Shown here one piece after another: positions 58,687 to 64,000 of a stretch of DNA of 64,000 nucleotides. The position numbers were made by a program, and so were the translations under genes. Where the stretch lies: the NCBI RefSeq assembly GCF_009914755.1, contig NC_060938.1; one strand, given 5' to 3'. The notes under the pieces were generated by a model, which was not told the DNA's origin, ran no database searches, and was given only the letters and a program-made list of their open reading frames with translations. The stretch's first letter is position 1, and each line of letters opens with the position of its first letter. The DNA is from the human T2T-CHM13v2.0 reference genome, Homo sapiens.

Positions 58687-61205
58687 GTGAGTTGGGAAAT
58701 AGTGACAGTGAAAATAACAGTAGCAGTAATAACCACAGTTAACCCTGACAGAGCACTTTCTATGCGTGAGGACCTGCTCTAAGGACTTTACACACATGAG
58801 GTCATTTAATTCTCTCAAGGACCCTCTGAGGTAAGTACCATGATCTCCATTTTACTGATTTTAAAACCCAAGGCACAGAGAAGTTAAGCAATTTGTCCAG
58901 AGCCACACAGCTAGTAAACAAAGAGGTTCTATTTAGGGGGAGCCCGTGGTCACATGGCTGGACATGTGTGTGGAAGAACACACAACTGTATCACAGACCA
59001 CAGCTTACACACGTGGCTGCTTCCCTACCAGCAAGGCTGGGAGGTGTGTGGTAGAGGGTGGTGGTGAAATGCTAAGTGATGGAGTCAGATGGCCTGGGTG
59101 CAAACCCTGACCCTACCACCTGCATGCTGTTTGGCCCTGGGCAAGTTAAAGCCCTTTAAAGTCTGAGTTTCCTCAAGAGGTTGTTATGAGTACTAAATGA
59201 GGTGATGAGTTAAAGGCAGGTCACAGTGCTGGTGGCCACTGTCATTAGGCAGTCTCTAGACTCAGAAGCACAGGAAGCTGCCCCTCCCTGCCCTGAAGCA
59301 GCAGCGAAGGAGACAGAGGTGGGGGCAAAGTGTTCCAGTAGGGAGCTGGAGGGGGCTGGACCCTCACACACTTGCTTCTCAGCTCACGGTGTTGGGGCCA
59401 CAGAGTACCAGGGAAGGGTTACCAAGTGGGATCGGAGCCCAAACTCTGGACTCCAGTATGTGTGGGCTGGCAAGCCAGTCAACTCTTTGAACCTCAGTTT
59501 CTTCATTTGCAAAACAGGGTTGCAAGTGAGATGGAGGTTAGATAAAGGGTGAGCATCAGTTAGGGTCCTGGCAGAATACGGAAGGTGCAACCGACTTGAG
59601 TGTTTATTAAAGGGCTTATTTACATGGTGCGGGCAGGATAGAGGGAACCATAGGGACAGCACAGTACTGGGCAGGGCTGTGACTTCTGGGAGCTGTAACC
59701 ACCCCAAGGTCTGAAAGACAGGGTGAGGGAGCACCCCACGATGGAGCTGTGGTCTTGGGGCACATGCAGCCAGCCCATGGCACCAGGTGGAGAGTGTCAG
59801 GGCTAAACACTCACCCTCACTCTACCCCCACCCCGTCATCTCCTGCTGGTGCCTCCCTGTCTGCCTGAGGAAGGGAACCCAGCAGTGCAGCCCCCAGGGG
59901 CTGTCTCACAAACAGCGACGTGGAGACGGGGGCGGTGGGGAGCACCATTCTGGGGGTCTCCAGGAGCAGGGGCAGGTCCTTGGTGGCCTGTTCTTGCCCT
60001 CTTGGTGGGCCCAGTCCTTCACAGAGCCCTCTCCCACTGCTTCCTTCTTCTTCCTGACCAGGTGTTCTGAGCAATAACTAGCACTGGTGGTATCTCACCC
60101 ATTTGACAGGTAGAAAGACTGAGGTGGATGCTGCCTTCTAGATTTCAGTCCGGAAACTCCACATCTAATGGGCGTATGCAGCTCCTTTACCAGAGCCACT
60201 TATGTGTTGTGGGACGTTGGCAAAGGCACAGTATATGTCTCTGAGACGTTAGGAGCAGGGATTCTTTAACTCTTTCTCCCTGATGAGGAAAATAGCAGTG
60301 AGGGGGCTTGCAACAGGCCTGATCCCGACTCAAAACCAGCTGGAGTGGGAATGGGCATGGGACTCCCCCAGCTTTGTAACTTGCTTTTGGAGGCTGTTTC
60401 CAGGCAGGGTTCAGAGAAGTAAATTCTGGGAACTGGGGTGCAGTGACCCCTCCATTCTGACCCCTTTCATGTGTTTTGGGTCCAAGTGACCCGCTTTGTG
60501 TCTTCAATCTCGGCCTGAAGGGCTTTGGCAAAGCCAGTTTCCTGTGAAGACTTGGAAAGCTGGGAAACCCACAGTCTCCTTGCTCTGCCTCCAAAGGCCA
60601 TTTTTTCTTTTTCTTTTTTTTCTGAGGCTAGAGACAGAGAAACAAGTGAATGATCAAACAGCTCATTTCAAACTCTGCCTGAGGCAAGGGCTCCGTGGTT
60701 GGAGAACTTGAAAGGTGAACCACAGAGTGGTTCTGGCAAGGGTTTTGTTTCTTAGAAGAAATTCAAAGAAATGTCTGGGCTAGCTGCAGTGCTCAGACGT
60801 TCAGCCGCTGGGACCAGTTTTGAGCTATGAGACTCCTGTCGCTGGTGGGTTTGAGCCTTTCCTTTTATTCCTTTATTGAAGGAAGGGAGATTTCCAAACC
60901 AAGACGTGTTCTTTTGTCCCCAAAGAATTCCAAACTCGGGAGCCCAGAGGCCACCTTGAGTGGGGCTGGCAGATGTGCAAGGTTAGGATCCCCAACAAAG
61001 ATGTGTTGGGGATCCTTTTAAAACATAGATTATGTTGCTTCTGTGCTCAAAACCTTGCAAGAGTTCTCATGTCATTCTGAGGAAAACCCAAACTCCTTAC
61101 TGGCTACAGGGTATCTGCCTTTCCCTGCAGCCCCGCAGCCACACCCCTGCCCTCACTTCCCACTTCTCCCACCCTGCCTCACTCCACGTGGGCTGCACGG
61201 CCTCC

Positions 61206-61500
61206 TTTTTTTTCAGACAGAGTCTTGCTCTTATTGCCCAGGCTGGAAGGCAGTGGCACAATCTTACTCATTGCACTCTCTGCCTCCAGGGTTCAAGCGA
61301 TTCTCCTGCCTCAGCCTTCTGAGTAGCTGGGATTACAGGCACACACCACCAGGCCCGGCTAATTTTTGTATTTTTAGTAGAGACGGGGTTTCACCACGTT
61401 GGCCAGGATGGTCTCGAACTCCTGACCTCTCAGGTGATCCACCCGCCTCAGCCTCCCAAAGGGCTGGGGTTGTAGGCGTGAGCCACCGCCCCCAGCCAGC
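61206..61500 (-). mobile_element. AluS in intron 9
   Basis: Antisense dimer. Confidence 0.9.
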
Positions 61501-61768
61501 ATGGCCTCTTTGAACTTGCCAGCTGTGCTGTTGCCTCTAGGGACCTGCCCTTGCCGGCTCCTCTGCCCAGAATGCTCTTCTCCTGCTAGCCACAGGACTT
61601 GCTCCCTCATCTGTTTCAGGTCTTGGCTCAAATGTCCCTTTTATAGTGACAACTCCCCTCATCAGCCTGGTTTAAAACATAGTCTTAGTCCTCCCCCACC
61701 ACCATCCACTGGCCCTCTTCAGCTCCCAGCCTGATTCATTTTTCTCCATGGCCCTAACTACCATCTGA

Positions 61769-62320
<552 letters not shown>

Positions 62321-63736
62321 TGAATATTTGAGTGACCTTGGAGAGGTTATTTAACAACTTTGAGCTTCAACGTCCTCGTTAAAAAAAATAAGGCTAAAAA
62401 TCCTGACTTCACATGGTTGCAGTGAGAATTAGATATTGGATAGAAAGAGCATGGCATGTAGTAAGTACTCAGTAAATGGATGGTTACTGCTATTGTTATG
62501 GCCATTGTTGATAATAATAACAATAGTTAATAATATTATAGACATTATGGGCTGAGTGGGATGAAGTGACTTAACTAGCATAACAAAGTTGGGATGGCAG
62601 AAATGGAACCAGAATGCAGATCTTCGGCCCCCCAGGACTGTGCCCAGTTCTACGCCTTAGTTGCTGAGGCCAAACACAGAGCTCTGACCAGGAGAAGGGA
62701 CGGATGCCTGGCAGTTTATAGGCAGACCTAGGGAAGCCCATTGATATAGCCATCCTTACATGTGGGTCCAGGTATGCCAAGTGTCCGGTCCTGGCCCTGA
62801 ACCACATCTGGACGTCACTTGGTGCACACAGGCTGGCCAGAGGTGGGCTTTAGTCCTGCTTCCTCCACTCTGCCCTTTGCTAGTTACTGGGAGGGTCCTG
62901 ACCAGCTATGCCACGTGAGAGCCCCCAGGCCTGGTTGGAGATCATGAGTGTCCTTAGAGCCAGCTGAGGAGTGGGAAGAGACTATAGGGTTAATATGAAG
63001 GAAAGTACGAAATCAAAAGAGATTATGTGAGATTCAGCCAGCTGTCAAGGTGGGTCCTTACCATAAATGGCAACTGGTGAGCGGAGATCAGAGTGGTAAC
63101 TTTTGAGGTCCCCTTCTGGGCAGCAGGATGGCCACTGCTCTCCCGACACCACTGGGGACCACAGTCATCCACAAAAGCTGGTTCAGCTCCACCACCGCTG
63201 TCAAAAGGAGGCATGGCTCAAGAGGGCCAGTGAGAGCCTGTACAAGGAGACCAACTGGGTCAAGAGGGAGGTTGGGGCCAGCCCAAGAGGTGTCAGCTGG
63301 AGCAGCCTGTGGTTTGGTTGGTGGCTGGTTTTCCGACCTCTCAGGTGCACAGAGCTGGCTGACGAGCAGATGTGTTTTTCCTTAGCTCATGTCTGTCTGG
63401 GGCTTTCTAGACAGAGCCTGGAAATGATGCCACTGTTTGGTTGTTTTCCTTCTACTTATGTTCTTGGTGTTCCTTCAAGCTTTTTCCACTGCTCTTCCTG
63501 GAATGGGCCACGGGGATCATGTGTATATGTGTGTGTGTGCATGTGCACGTACACACGTAGAGTGGGCAGTCAGGAACCTGTGCAAGGAGTGGGAGCACTC
63601 CATTTGAGCAGGCCCAGGAGCCCCGACCCCAACATGTACCTCCAGTGAGACACCAAAGGGAAGGGAAGCCAGCCCCTTCCCACCCTCACTTGCCAAGGAA
63701 CCCCTTCCTCCTCCTGACGGCTACTATTTCCTGCAG

Positions 63737-63863
63737 AGCTCTCCTTCAGGGTGTGGATGTGTGGTGGCAGTCTGGAGATCGTCCCCTGCAGCCGGGTGGG
63801 CCATGTCTTCAGGAAACGGCACCCCTACAACTTCCCTGAGGGTAATGCCCTCACCTACATCAG
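63737..63863 (+). CDS. GALNT16: GALNT16 coding exon 10 (127 nt): (E)[41 protein letters not shown]
   Basis: Acceptor tttcctgcag|AG, donor ATCAG|gtaggt. [11 protein letters not shown] motif with the third Mn-ligand His. Confidence 0.98.
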
Positions 63864-64000
63864 GTAGGTCACCGAGAAAGGAGCACGGGACTCAGAGGAG
63901 GACACCAAGGCCCAAGCCCCCAGCCTTGCCAGTTATCACTATGTGACTGTGGGCAGCCACCTCACTTCTTGGGCCTCAGTTTCCCCATTTGCCCCCTCTG

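Overview
Primate (human-type) genomic DNA, not prokaryotic. The window lies inside GALNT16 (GALNTL1, polypeptide N-acetylgalactosaminyltransferase 16) on the + strand. Positions 1-45798 are the 3' part of a very long intron. Nine GT-AG coding exons (45799-63863, 917 nt, about 305 aa) splice in frame and encode the end of the stem and most of the GT-A catalytic domain (DSH/DxH motif, WGGEN motif, VGHVFRK). The first exon (TM anchor) and the ricin-type lectin exons lie outside the window. Exon numbers 2-10 assume a single upstream coding exon. The introns are full of interspersed repeats: about 28 Alus, a 5'-inverted L1PA, old L1M/L2/MIR, THE1/MST/MLT1 solo LTRs, hAT and Tc1/mariner fossils, and STRs. 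Repeat family names come from recalled consensus sequences, not from a database search, and repeat boundaries are approximate. I see no new multi-gene system. The best leads are splicing or structural: candidate poison micro-exons, an Alu-bracketed 399-nt stop-free exon 6-9 circle, a perfect 17-bp double-GATA hairpin, a nested AT-rich palindrome, a perfect NRF1 palindrome and an 85-nt Z-DNA-prone tract. Almost all ORF-track entries are spurious.
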